This document shows, piece by piece, positions 19,577 through 29,243 of a DNA stretch of 64,000 nucleotides (positions are counted from its first letter, which is position 1; the number at the start of each line of letters is the position of its first letter). The position numbers and the translations under genes were made by a program. The notes under the pieces are model-generated. The model did no database searches and had not been told where the DNA came from. It saw only the letters and a program-made list of their open reading frames with translations. Source of the DNA: Pelagibacteraceae bacterium (lineage in GTDB: Bacteria > Pseudomonadota > Alphaproteobacteria > Pelagibacterales > Pelagibacteraceae); NCBI GenBank assembly GCA_008638125.1, contig VTPM01000001.1:8012-72011 (forward strand). The letters are read 5' to 3'.

Positions 19577-21028
19577 TTAATTATTAGACTTAGAGCTTAA
19601 CAGAGATAGTTGAGTAATTTTTCCCTCACCTAGTAAATCTGTTGGTTTAACTGGATATTCTCCTGTGAAATAATGATCACTTAGTTGAGGGTAATTGTTA
19701 TTTCTCTCACCAAGTCCTAATGCTTTATACAAACCACTTAAGCTTAAAAATTTCAAAGTTTTAGCATTAATATGTTTGCACATTTCATCATTTGTTTTTT
19801 CATTTGCCAATAATTCCTTTTTTGTAGGCATATCCACTCCATAAAAATCAGGGTAAAGGATTTCTGGACAAGCAATTCTAACATGCACTTCTTTTGCTCC
19901 GGCATCATAAAGCATTTTTACAATTTTATGACATGTTGTTCCTCTTACCAAAGAGTCATCTACTAAAATTATAGATTTGTTTTTAATGGTTGTTTGGTTA
20001 GGATTTAGTTTTAATTTTACGCCAAAACTTCTAATGCTTTGTGTTGGTTCAATGAATGTTCTGCCAACATAATGATTACGTATTAGTCCTAATTCAAAGC
20101 TTTTTTTTGTATACTGGCTGTAACCAAGTGCAGCAGGTACACCCGAGTCAGGGACTGGAACAACCAAATCAGCATTTAAATCTGTTTCTTTTGCTAATTC
20201 AACTCCCATATTTTTTCGATATTCATAGGCACATTTATTATCAATTAAGCTATCTGGCCTTGCAAAATAGATATATTCAAATGCACAAGGTCGAGCTTTC
20301 TTTTCTGGGAAAGGTTTAATACTGCTTATTTCTCCATTCTCAACAATTACAATTTCGCCATTCTCTACATATCTTACAAATTTAGCTCCTATAATATCCA
20401 AAGCACAAGTTTCCGAAGCAAAAATAAAAGAGTTTTTAAGTTTGCCTACAACAAGTGGTCTAATACCAAAAGGATCTCTAATTCCAATTAGTTTTTTACT
20501 TGTCATCATTACTAGTGCGTATCCACCTTGAATTTGAAAAATAGCATCAATAATTTTATCTATTATCTTTGATCTCTTAGACTTTGCTATTAATTGAACT
20601 ATAGTTTCAGTATCACTCGTGGTTCTAAATATAGCACCGTCCTTGACTAAATTATTTCTTAGTTCAATTGCGTTTGTTAAATTACCATTGTGCGCGAGAC
20701 TCATCCCACCCGTATAAAGGTCCGCAAAAAATGGTTGAATATTTCTTATAGATACCTCACCAGTTGTTGAATATCTATTATGGCCAATAGCTGATTTACC
20801 TGGTAATTTTTTAATAACATTAGGGTCTGTAAAATGATCACCAACTAAACCTTGCCTTTTTTCAGAATAAAAATTGTTACCATCATAAGATACAATTCCA
20901 CAACCTTCTTGTCCTCTGTGTTGTAAAGCATGTAAACCCAAAGCGACGAGAGCAGACGCTTCTTCGTGATTGGATACACCAAAGACACCACATTCTTCTC
21001 TAGGTTTATCTAAATTATATTTTTTCAA
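19577..21028 (-). CDS. purF: Amidophosphoribosyltransferase
   Basis: Propeptide then EECGVFG, LQHRGQE, GHNRYST, PVPDSG, VDDSLVRGTT. TTG start. Confidence 0.98.
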   Translation of the reverse strand: MKKYNLDKPREECGVFGVSNHEEASALVALGLHALQHRGQEGCGIVSYDGNNFYSEKRQGLVGDHFTDPNVIKKLPGKSAIGHNRYSTTGEVSIRNIQPFFADLYTGGMSLAHNGNLTNAIELRNNLVKDGAIFRTTSDTETIVQLIAKSKRSKIIDKIIDAIFQIQGGYALVMMTSKKLIGIRDPFGIRPLVVGKLKNSFIFASETCALDIIGAKFVRYVENGEIVIVENGEISSIKPFPEKKARPCAFEYIYFARPDSLIDNKCAYEYRKNMGVELAKETDLNADLVVPVPDSGVPAALGYSQYTKKSFELGLIRNHYVGRTFIEPTQSIRSFGVKLKLNPNQTTIKNKSIILVDDSLVRGTTCHKIVKMLYDAGAKEVHVRIACPEILYPDFYGVDMPTKKELLANEKTNDEMCKHINAKTLKFLSLSGLYKALGLGERNNNYPQLSDHYFTGEYPVKPTDLLGEGKITQLSLLSSKSNN

Positions 21029-21560
21029 TTTTTTCTTTTGTATCTATTATTTCTTTATAATTTGGAAATTCATCAATTAATATGTCACTTCCTTTTTTAA
21101 CAATACTAAAGCTATAAGCATCAGTTGTAGCTATACCCCATTTATCATAAGGGTAAAACCAATTTAATAATGAAAATAAGCAGACTGAAACTATATATCC
21201 TTTTACCAGACCAAAGAGTAATCCAAATGATTTATCAACAGATCCAAGCCCAGACCATTTCACTGTTTTACCCAGTCCTTTCCCAATCAAAATGCTTAAA
21301 AATAAAGTTAAAATAAATACTACTATTCCAATTCCTACATTATTAATAAAATCAGATTGAATGTAATCATTGACCCAAGGTTGCAGTTGAGGAACAAATA
21401 TAATTGTAGCAATCGCAGCCACAATCCATTTAAGAGAAGTTAAAAAACTTAATGAAAACCCTTGAGTAAAAGATTTAAAGATATTGTAAATAATTATTAA
21501 TATAAAAACTAAATCAAAAATTAAAAAATGATTTTTTATAAATTCTACTAAATCACTCAT
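21015..21560 (-). CDS. cvpA: CvpA family membrane protein
   Basis: Four TM helices, GSVDKSFGLLFGLVKG motif, upstream of purF. ATG at 21560. Confidence 0.88.
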   Translation of the reverse strand: MSDLVEFIKNHFLIFDLVFILIIIYNIFKSFTQGFSLSFLTSLKWIVAAIATIIFVPQLQPWVNDYIQSDFINNVGIGIVVFILTLFLSILIGKGLGKTVKWSGLGSVDKSFGLLFGLVKGYIVSVCLFSLLNWFYPYDKWGIATTDAYSFSIVKKGSDILIDEFPNYKEIIDTKEKIEKI

Positions 21561-24009
21561 TTCCAAAAGGTTTTAAGACTAATATTAATTTTGGTAAAAG
21601 TGTTAAAACAGAGATCAATGCTAAAAACATAGCGATACCAGTAAATATACCGAAATAAATCGTAGGGATAAAATTAGATAAAACTAAAATAGAAAAACCA
21701 AATATTATTGTTATTGATGTATTTAAAATTGCAACCCCAACAGTATTGTGGCATCTATCAACAGTAAGATTATAGTTTTTCAATTTTTCAAATTCTTCTT
21801 TGAATCGATAAATATAGTGAATGCTATTATCAACCGCTATACCAATAGTTATTGCTGCTATTGTAATCGTCATCATATCTAAAGGTATCTCTAAAATACC
21901 AATAATTCCCAAAATAAAAAAAGCAGCCATAAAGTTAGGCACAACACCAATTAAAGACAAAGTCAGATTTCTAAATAAAATTAAAAACATTAAAGAAATT
22001 CCGAGCATAACCACACCAAGGGTTAAAATTTGAGATTTAAATAAACTTTGAAGTAAATTATTAAATAAAATAAGCACTCCTGCTAATTTAAATTCATCTT
22101 TGTTTAAACCAACTTTAGTCTCTAACTCTAAGTTTATTTTTTTTATTAGCTCATTTCTTTTCAAATCTTCCAGAGAGTCTTTTATTCTTACGCTAATTCT
22201 TGCTTCATTATCTTTCACGGAAATATATGGTGAAATAACCTCTTTTTTAATTTCATCAGGTATCTTGCTGTAAAGAACTCCAGTTTCTAAGGTTTCTAAT
22301 TTATTACCAGTTAAGTCTTCTGCCACTCTAATTATTGAGCCAAAAGAAATCACTTTTCCAATTTCTGGAAGGGAATCTAAATAGTCATGGACTTTGAAAA
22401 TCTTATCAATTTTATTTCTGGTAAACCAATAATTTGCAGACGTATCTTGGTTATCTTCATCCCACTCAGAAAATTCATCATCTTCTTCTTTTTTATTTTC
22501 ATTGGCTGGAAATTTAATAATTACATCTAATGGTGTTGTACCACCTAATTTATCATCAATTAGTTTCATACCTTTATAAATTTCAGTTTTTTTATCAAAA
22601 TAATTTATGAAACTATTTTCTACTTCTAATTTAGCTATACCAAAAATACTTAAAACTATTACAATTAAAGAACTTCCAAAAATAATGATTGTATTTTTTT
22701 TAGCAAATTCACTAAGTATATTTGTAATTTTAGAAACCTGATCTTTTTGATTTATTTGGTCTTCGTCATTACTGAATATATTTAAAAGAGCGGGGATTAA
22801 AGTAAAAGTAATTCCCATTGAAACTAAAAGACCTAAAGTCATCATCCAGCCAAAATCTATAATAGGTTTAATGCCACTAAATATTAAAGAGAGAAAAGCA
22901 CATATTGTTGTTAATACCGTATATAGAATTGGTAAAAACATTTTACTTGTAGCTTCAAAAATTGATTCTTTAATTGAAAAATCTTTAAATTCATTTTTTA
23001 TTTGTAAAAACCTTACAGTGACATGAATATTCATTGCCATGTTTAGTATTAACATTAGCGCAATAAAATTAGATGATATTACAGTTACCTTCCAACCTAA
23101 TAACCCTAAAATCCCAACCATTGAGCCTACGGAAAAAGCACACCCTAATAACGGAATAACTACCCATTTTATTTTTTTAAAAATAAGCCATAGCGTTGCT
23201 ATGATGAATAAAAAAACCCCGATACCAAAAACGATGATGTCACTTTTGATGAACGTCATCATATCATCAGTTATCATTGGTAGACCACCAAGATGAATTT
23301 CTGCATTAACTGTATATTTTTTTATAACATCTCTAATTTCATTTATGTTTTGATGATTTTTTTGATTATATATATTTCGATAAGAGTCATATTCTTTTTC
23401 AAATAAATCCCTGTCTTTTTTTTGAGATTTACTTAAATTTCCCTCTAATTGTAAATTAAAATATTTATTTTTAGTTTTAATTAGTTCATTTAGTTTTTTG
23501 TCCTGCTTAAGATAGACTACAATGCCTGAAGTTTTACCATCAGAGCTAATAACGTAATCTTTATATATTGGACTGTTAATTATTTCTTCGAAACCTCTTT
23601 CCTTATCAATTTCAGGATAAGATAAAGTTTTATAATTTTTTAACCTTTCCATTAAAGGCTCATCGCTGCTTTTTAATAAAGGAACGTCAATAATAGTTAT
23701 AATTCCATCAACCCAATTTAATTTTTCAATTTTTGATTTTAAAAATTGTAGATTTATAATTGTCTCTTCATTAGTAAATTCAGATAGGGGAGTATAGGTC
23801 AAGACTAGATAATCTTTAGATCCATATCTTTCATTTACTTCTCTCAAAAATTTTAGATCTTTATCGCTTTCTAATAGCAGAGAGTCAGATGAAGCATCTA
23901 ACTTAAAATCTTTTGAAAAATAGAGAAGAAAAGCAAGTATGGAACAAACTAAGATTAGTGAAATTTTAGAAAAATCAATTACTAATGTTTTATAGATTTT
24001 TGAAAACAT
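21553..24009 (-). CDS. MMPL/RND-superfamily transporter
   Basis: Two repeats of a large periplasmic loop plus TM bundle; LTTICAFLSL, IIDFG and GIAVDNSIHYIYRF motifs. Confidence 0.88.
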   Translation of the reverse strand: MFSKIYKTLVIDFSKISLILVCSILAFLLYFSKDFKLDASSDSLLLESDKDLKFLREVNERYGSKDYLVLTYTPLSEFTNEETIINLQFLKSKIEKLNWVDGIITIIDVPLLKSSDEPLMERLKNYKTLSYPEIDKERGFEEIINSPIYKDYVISSDGKTSGIVVYLKQDKKLNELIKTKNKYFNLQLEGNLSKSQKKDRDLFEKEYDSYRNIYNQKNHQNINEIRDVIKKYTVNAEIHLGGLPMITDDMMTFIKSDIIVFGIGVFLFIIATLWLIFKKIKWVVIPLLGCAFSVGSMVGILGLLGWKVTVISSNFIALMLILNMAMNIHVTVRFLQIKNEFKDFSIKESIFEATSKMFLPILYTVLTTICAFLSLIFSGIKPIIDFGWMMTLGLLVSMGITFTLIPALLNIFSNDEDQINQKDQVSKITNILSEFAKKNTIIIFGSSLIVIVLSIFGIAKLEVENSFINYFDKKTEIYKGMKLIDDKLGGTTPLDVIIKFPANENKKEEDDEFSEWDEDNQDTSANYWFTRNKIDKIFKVHDYLDSLPEIGKVISFGSIIRVAEDLTGNKLETLETGVLYSKIPDEIKKEVISPYISVKDNEARISVRIKDSLEDLKRNELIKKINLELETKVGLNKDEFKLAGVLILFNNLLQSLFKSQILTLGVVMLGISLMFLILFRNLTLSLIGVVPNFMAAFFILGIIGILEIPLDMMTITIAAITIGIAVDNSIHYIYRFKEEFEKLKNYNLTVDRCHNTVGVAILNTSITIIFGFSILVLSNFIPTIYFGIFTGIAMFLALISVLTLLPKLILVLKPFGNE

Positions 24010-24050
24010 ATCTTAATTGAAGATATATATTAATTTATAAGGCTTAAATA

Positions 24051-25478
24051 CTAATTTTTCGGTAGGTCTTTAAACTTAGTAAACATTCCTTCAAACTCTA
24101 CATGAACGACACCAGTAGATCCGTGCCTATGTTTACCAACTATCAGTTCTGCTTGCCCATGTATGTCACTCATTTTGGATTGCCACTCTGCATGTTCAAT
24201 AGATCCCTGTTTAGGTTCTTTCTTTTCAAGATAATATTCTTCTCTGTAAACAAATAAAACTACATCTGCATCTTGTTCAATAGATCCTGATTCTCTTAAA
24301 TCAGAAAGTTGAGGTTTTTTATCATCTCTTTGTTCTACTGCTCTCGATAATTGAGATAAAGCAACAACTGGAACATTCAATTCTTTTGCTAAAGCTTTTA
24401 GTCCTTGAGTTATTTCTGATATTTCTTGAACTCTTCCATCCATACGATTTGAATTAGTTCTCATTAATTGAATGTAATCAACTACAATTAATTTTAAACC
24501 AAATAATCTTTTAATTCTTCTAGCTCTATTACTTAAAGTGGAAATAGCTATTGCTGGAGTTTCATCAATATATAAAGGTAGGTCATAGATGTTTCTAGAA
24601 GTTTCTATATATCGATTTAAAGTTTCCTCTGTAGCTTTCCCAGTTCTAATTTCGTGAGAAGAAATTCTTGCTTGCTCAGATAATATTCTTGTGGAGAGTT
24701 GTTCTGAAGACATTTCAAGAGAAAAGAAAGCAACAGAACCTTTTTCATTATTATCCTGCATATGTTTTGCAGCATAATATGCAATATTTGTTGCTAAAGC
24801 AGTTTTACCCATCGAAGGTCGTCCTGCTATAATAATTAAATCTGATTTATGTAAGCCTCCAAGTTTTTCATCTAAATCACTTAAACCAGTAGGCACCCCA
24901 ACAATTCCTTGATCGCTTTTCATAGCCAACGTTGCCATCTCAATAGTTTGATCTATTGCCTGATTAAACTTTAAAAAAGTCTGAGAAAAATTTCCTCTCT
25001 CAGCTAAATCAAATAAAGACTTTTCAGCATCTTCAATTATATTTTCACCAGTTTTTTCTATTTGCTCATCTTTAGCTTGGTCTGAAATACCATCGGATAT
25101 AAATATTAATTCTCTTTTAACATACATTTCATGTATTATTTTTGCGTAATCAATTGCTTGTTTAATTGAAGATGAAAATCTTGTTAGTTTTACAAGATAA
25201 TCCACTCCCCCAACTTCACTTAAACCTGAGTCTTTTTCAAAATAGTTTTTTAATGTAATAGGATTAGCAATCATTCCTTTATTGTTTAAAGTTTCAATAA
25301 CTTCATAAATTTTTCTATGTATTGGATCAAAAAATTTTCCTGCATTTACAATATTAGATATTTCATCAATAATATCGTTATTAACTAATACCGAACCTAT
25401 TAGTGATTGTTCTGCTTCTATATTAGACGGTAATTTGTTTTCGTCAGTTTGACTGATAGTGAATTTGGCTTTTTCCAT
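24051..25478 (-). CDS. dnaB: Replicative DNA helicase
   Basis: LPSNIEAEQS, AGRPSMGKT, FSLEMS, VDYIQLM, LSQLSRAVEQR, DLRESGSIEQDAD. Confidence 0.99.
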   Translation of the reverse strand: MEKAKFTISQTDENKLPSNIEAEQSLIGSVLVNNDIIDEISNIVNAGKFFDPIHRKIYEVIETLNNKGMIANPITLKNYFEKDSGLSEVGGVDYLVKLTRFSSSIKQAIDYAKIIHEMYVKRELIFISDGISDQAKDEQIEKTGENIIEDAEKSLFDLAERGNFSQTFLKFNQAIDQTIEMATLAMKSDQGIVGVPTGLSDLDEKLGGLHKSDLIIIAGRPSMGKTALATNIAYYAAKHMQDNNEKGSVAFFSLEMSSEQLSTRILSEQARISSHEIRTGKATEETLNRYIETSRNIYDLPLYIDETPAIAISTLSNRARRIKRLFGLKLIVVDYIQLMRTNSNRMDGRVQEISEITQGLKALAKELNVPVVALSQLSRAVEQRDDKKPQLSDLRESGSIEQDADVVLFVYREEYYLEKKEPKQGSIEHAEWQSKMSDIHGQAELIVGKHRHGSTGVVHVEFEGMFTKFKDLPKN

Positions 25479-25496
25479 TTAAATTATAATAACTTA

Positions 25497-25528
25497 TAAA
25501 AATTGCGTTAGAACTTAAAAGTTACGCA
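25497..25528 (-). terminator. Probable intrinsic terminator of rpsF-rpsR-rplI
   Basis: Minus strand TGCGT-AACTT-tt-AAGTT-cta-ACGCA bulged stem followed by ATTTTT. Confidence 0.5.
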
Positions 25529-25542
25529 CTAATTTTACTACC

Positions 25543-25551
25543 TGTGGAAAA
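25543..25551 (-). promoter_or_regulatory. DnaA box upstream of dnaB
   Basis: TGTGGAAAA is the reverse complement of TTTTCCACA (fits TTWTNCACA), about 65 nt upstream of the dnaB start. Confidence 0.45.
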
Positions 25552-25554
25552 AAT

Positions 25555-26010
25555 TTAGATCGAGTCTATTTTATCAACTTGCAAGTTTACACTCGCAGTT
25601 ACTTCTGCGTGTAAATTAATATTTATTTTGTACTTACCAACTTGTTTAATTTCTTGTCTTAAATCTATTTGCGATGGATTAATATCAATATTTAAAGTTG
25701 TTTTAAATGAATTTGAAACTTCTTTAGGTTTAATTGATCCATAAAGTTCACCATTTTCTTTTGACTCTTTATTAAACTTTAATGTTTTATTATTAATTTT
25801 AGCAGCAATTTCTTTAAACTGAGCTTTAGCTTCTTCATTTTTTTTATTAAGCTCAGCTTTTTTTTTGCTTACAAATTCTATGTTTTCTTTACTTGCTCTT
25901 AATGCCTTACCTTGTCTCAATAAATAATTTCTTCCAAAGCCATTTTTTACTTCAACTTGGTCTCCTATTTTTCCTAACTTTAAAATATTTTCTAAAAGAA
26001 TTACTTGCAT
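25555..26010 (-). CDS. rplI: 50S ribosomal protein L9
   Basis: MQVILLE.I.KLGKIGDQVEVKNGFGRNYL, GELYGSI. Confidence 0.98.
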   Translation of the reverse strand: MQVILLENILKLGKIGDQVEVKNGFGRNYLLRQGKALRASKENIEFVSKKKAELNKKNEEAKAQFKEIAAKINNKTLKFNKESKENGELYGSIKPKEVSNSFKTTLNIDINPSQIDLRQEIKQVGKYKININLHAEVTASVNLQVDKIDSI

Positions 26011-26012
26011 AT

Positions 26013-26285
26013 TTAAATTAATCCTAGAATTTTAGCTTTTTTAATTTCGCTTGTTAATTTTCGTTGTTTATTTTGTGAAACAGAAGTTATTCTTGATGGC
26101 ATTATTTTATCAGTATCTGAAACATATCTTTTAAGTAATTTAACATTTTTATAATCGATGACTGGAGCATCTTTTCCTGAAAGAGGACATTTTTTTGAAA
26201 ATCTAGTATCTGATTTTTGAAATAAACTTAGTTTATTTAATGGATTTTGTGGTCGTTTATTAAACTTATTATTTTTTCTTTTCAT
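26013..26285 (-). CDS. rpsR: 30S ribosomal protein S18
   Basis: [22 protein letters not shown]...KQR.L...IK.A..LGL; lies between rpsF and rplI. Confidence 0.95.
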   Translation of the reverse strand: MKRKNNKFNKRPQNPLNKLSLFQKSDTRFSKKCPLSGKDAPVIDYKNVKLLKRYVSDTDKIMPSRITSVSQNKQRKLTSEIKKAKILGLI

Positions 26286-26609
26286 TTAAATTTTTTTTTT
26301 GAAATATTCTGTTTCTGTATCTAATTTTTTATATTTTACAGTTAAGTGTCTTAATAATGAGTTATCTATGATGCTATTTCTTTTTATTTCTTCCAAAGTC
26401 TTATTTTCAGCTTCAAATTTGTAATGAATATAAAAACCTTTGTTATAAGATTTAATTTTTTTTGCAAAACTCAGAAGTCCCCATTTTTCAATTTTTATAA
26501 CTTTACCAGACGTTTTAGTTATAATGTCTTTATATTTATTTTCTAAATTTTCTAAATCAGGAGTAGATAAATCCTGTTTAGCTATTAATGTATGTTCGTA
26601 TAATCCCAT
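26286..26609 (-). CDS. rpsF: 30S ribosomal protein S6
   Basis: LYEHTLIAKQDLS, EKWG...AKKIK..KGFY, LLRHLTVK. Confidence 0.95.
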   Translation of the reverse strand: MGLYEHTLIAKQDLSTPDLENLENKYKDIITKTSGKVIKIEKWGLLSFAKKIKSYNKGFYIHYKFEAENKTLEEIKRNSIIDNSLLRHLTVKYKKLDTETEYFKKKI

Positions 26610-26706
26610 TCTCTGATCAATTATTGTTTATTTATTAAAAGAACGGTTTTATACTATTATAAATTCACCAATTCAATACTAATAATGGTATAAAAACTTA
26701 ATATAA

Positions 26707-27639
26707 ATGAAAGCTATATTGTTTCCAGGTCAAGGTTCTCAGGTGGTGGGTATGGGATCTGAGTTTTATAATAATTTTTCGAGTGTTAAAGAAATATTTA
26801 ATTCTGCAGATGAAAAATTAAAATTCAAACTATCTAAAATTATTTTAGAGGGCCCAGAAGATCAATTAAAGCTAACTCAAAATACTCAGCCTGCAATTCT
26901 AACTGTAAGTTATGCAATTTTTAAGATTTTAAAAGAAGAATTTAATTATAATTTTGAAAATACCAAATATTTTGCTGGACATTCTCTTGGCGAATATAGC
27001 GCTTTGTTGTGTGCTGGTTCTTTAAGTTTTGAAGATGCTCTTTACCTTCTTTTTGAAAGAGGAAAATCAATGCAAGAAGCTGTTCCAGTAGGCAAGGGTG
27101 GAATGTTAGCTGTTCTTGGTTCTGAAAATGAGGAGATTGAAGATTGTATAAAAAAAATTAAATCGAAAGGTGTTTGCGAAATTGCAAACGATAATGCACC
27201 AGGACAAATTATTGTAAGTGGAAATATTGAATTAATACAAGAGCTACAAAACATATTAAAAGAAAATAAAAAAAAGAGCATTATGCTTCCTGTGAGTGCC
27301 CCTTTTCATTGTTCTCTAATGAACGCAGCTGCAACTAATATGAAAAGTAAAATTGAAAATGTAAATTTTACTAAACCTAATTATGAGATAATTACTAATG
27401 TATCAGCGTCTCCCACAAATGATCCTGTTAAGATAAAAAAACTTTTAGTAGAACAAATTTACTCTAAAGTTAGATGGAGAGAGAGTATTTTATATATGGC
27501 TAATCAGAATATTACTGAATATTTAGAAATTGGGCCAGGAAAAGTATTAACTGGTCTGGTAAAAAGAATTTTACCATCAGCCAATTCCAGTAGTATAAAT
27601 TCAATAGAAGATATAAAAAACATTACAAATGAATCTTAA
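26707..27639 (+). CDS. fabD: Malonyl-CoA:ACP transacylase
   Basis: FPGQGSQ, AGHSLGEYSAL, LPVSAPFHC, EIGPGKVLTGL. Confidence 0.98.
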   Translation: MKAILFPGQGSQVVGMGSEFYNNFSSVKEIFNSADEKLKFKLSKIILEGPEDQLKLTQNTQPAILTVSYAIFKILKEEFNYNFENTKYFAGHSLGEYSALLCAGSLSFEDALYLLFERGKSMQEAVPVGKGGMLAVLGSENEEIEDCIKKIKSKGVCEIANDNAPGQIIVSGNIELIQELQNILKENKKKSIMLPVSAPFHCSLMNAAATNMKSKIENVNFTKPNYEIITNVSASPTNDPVKIKKLLVEQIYSKVRWRESILYMANQNITEYLEIGPGKVLTGLVKRILPSANSSSINSIEDIKNITNES

Positions 27640-28360
27640 AAATAAAAAAATATTAATTACAGGCGCAACTGGAGGTATAGGTAATAGCTTAGTAAGTAAA
27701 TTTATTGAACAGGGTTGTTTGGTGTTAGCCACTGGTACAAATGAAGACAAATTAAATAAATTAAAAAGTGATTTTAAAGAAGTTAAAATAAAAAAATTTA
27801 AGCTTGATCAACATTTAGATATTGAAAAATTTATTGACGATTGCCACACAGAACTTGGTGGTTTAGATGTTGTAGTTAATAATGCAGGAATAACATTAGA
27901 TAATATCTCTATTAGGCTTACAGATGAAAATTGGAAAAAAGTCATTGATATTAATTTAACCTCAACTTTTTTGATGTGTAAACATGCAATAAAAAAGATG
28001 TTGAAAAACAAACAAGGAAAAATAATTAATATTACTTCAATAGTTGCTCATACAGGAAACCTAGGACAGGCTAATTATGCAGCCTCTAAAGCAGGTATAA
28101 TCGGTTTTTCAAAAAGTTTGGCTTTAGAATACGCCAAGAAAAAAATTAATATTAATTGTATATCGCCTGGTTTTATAAAAACTGAAATGACAGATAAGAT
28201 TAACGAGGATTTTAAGCAAATTTTAATTTCTAAAATTCCTAGCGGTGATCTTGGAACAGGTGAAGACATTGCAAACTGTGCTCTGTTTTTAGCTTCGGAA
28301 ATGTCAGATTATATAACAGGGGAAACCATTCATGTTAATGGCGGGATGTATATGGCTTGA
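27629..28360 (+). CDS. fabG: 3-oxoacyl-ACP reductase
   Basis: TGATGGIG, NNAGITLD, GQANYAASKAG, TGETIHVNGGM. Confidence 0.97.
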   Translation: MNLKNKKILITGATGGIGNSLVSKFIEQGCLVLATGTNEDKLNKLKSDFKEVKIKKFKLDQHLDIEKFIDDCHTELGGLDVVVNNAGITLDNISIRLTDENWKKVIDINLTSTFLMCKHAIKKMLKNKQGKIINITSIVAHTGNLGQANYAASKAGIIGFSKSLALEYAKKKININCISPGFIKTEMTDKINEDFKQILISKIPSGDLGTGEDIANCALFLASEMSDYITGETIHVNGGMYMA

Positions 28361-28418
28361 CAATTATAAACAATAATTTAATAACGAATTCATCATAAAA
28401 TAATAATAGGAAATTTAA

Positions 28419-28658
28419 ATGTCAGACGTAAGTACAAAAGTAAAAAAAATAGTAGCAGATCATTTAGGCGTTGAAGAAGATAAAGTTACTAACGAAGCCA
28501 GTTTTATAGATGATCTTGGCGCAGATAGCTTAGATACAGTAGAATTAGTTATGGCTTTCGAGGAAGAGTTTGGTTCAGAGATCTCGGATAGCGAAGCTGA
28601 AAAAATTTTAACAGTAGGTGATGCTATTAAATTCATTGAAAGCAAAGCTACAAACTAA
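28419..28658 (+). CDS. acpP: Acyl carrier protein
   Basis: [21 protein letters not shown] phosphopantetheine motif. Confidence 0.99.
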   Translation: MSDVSTKVKKIVADHLGVEEDKVTNEASFIDDLGADSLDTVELVMAFEEEFGSEISDSEAEKILTVGDAIKFIESKATN

Positions 28659-28676
28659 AATATAAACAGAATTACT

Positions 28677-29243
28677 ATGACTAATAGTAATTTAATGGTT
28701 GTTTTATCGTCGCCTTCAGGTGCTGGCAAAACGACTTTGACAAAAAAAATTCAGCAAAAATTTCAGAATTTTAAAATTTCTGTTTCTCATACAACTAGAA
28801 AGGCGAGACCAAACGAAGTTGATGGTATTGATTATTTTTTTGTTGAAAAAGATGAATTTCAAAAGAAAATAGAAAATAAAGATTTTTATGAGTATGCCAA
28901 AATCTTTAACAATTATTACGGAACATCAAAAGAATCAGTAAACTCAATATTAAAAAATAATAATAGTATTTTATTTGATATCGATTGGCAGGGGAATAAA
29001 CAGTTATCAGATTACAAAGAATTAAAATTAATAAAAATTTTCTTAGTTCCACCAAATAAAAATGAGTTAAAAAAAAGATTAATTCAAAGAAATCAAGATA
29101 ATAAAGATGTTATCGAGGAAAGACTGAAAGCTTTTGACAAAGATACCGTTCATTGGTTGGATTACGACTACATAGTTATAAATGATAATTTAGATAATTG
29201 CTTTACGCAAATTGAAAAAATAATTTTTTCAAACAATAATTAA
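28677..29243 (+). CDS. gmk: Guanylate kinase
   Basis: SSPSGAGKTT, SVSHTTRKARPNEVDGIDY, YYGTS, DIDWQG. Confidence 0.98.
   Translation: MTNSNLMVVLSSPSGAGKTTLTKKIQQKFQNFKISVSHTTRKARPNEVDGIDYFFVEKDEFQKKIENKDFYEYAKIFNNYYGTSKESVNSILKNNNSILFDIDWQGNKQLSDYKELKLIKIFLVPPNKNELKKRLIQRNQDNKDVIEERLKAFDKDTVHWLDYDYIVINDNLDNCFTQIEKIIFSNNN

Noticed and set aside
24010-24050. dif-like appearance of aagatatatattaatttataa
   Set aside because: It lacks a recognisable XerD arm (TTATGTTAAAT-like) and is probably just an AT-rich spacer.
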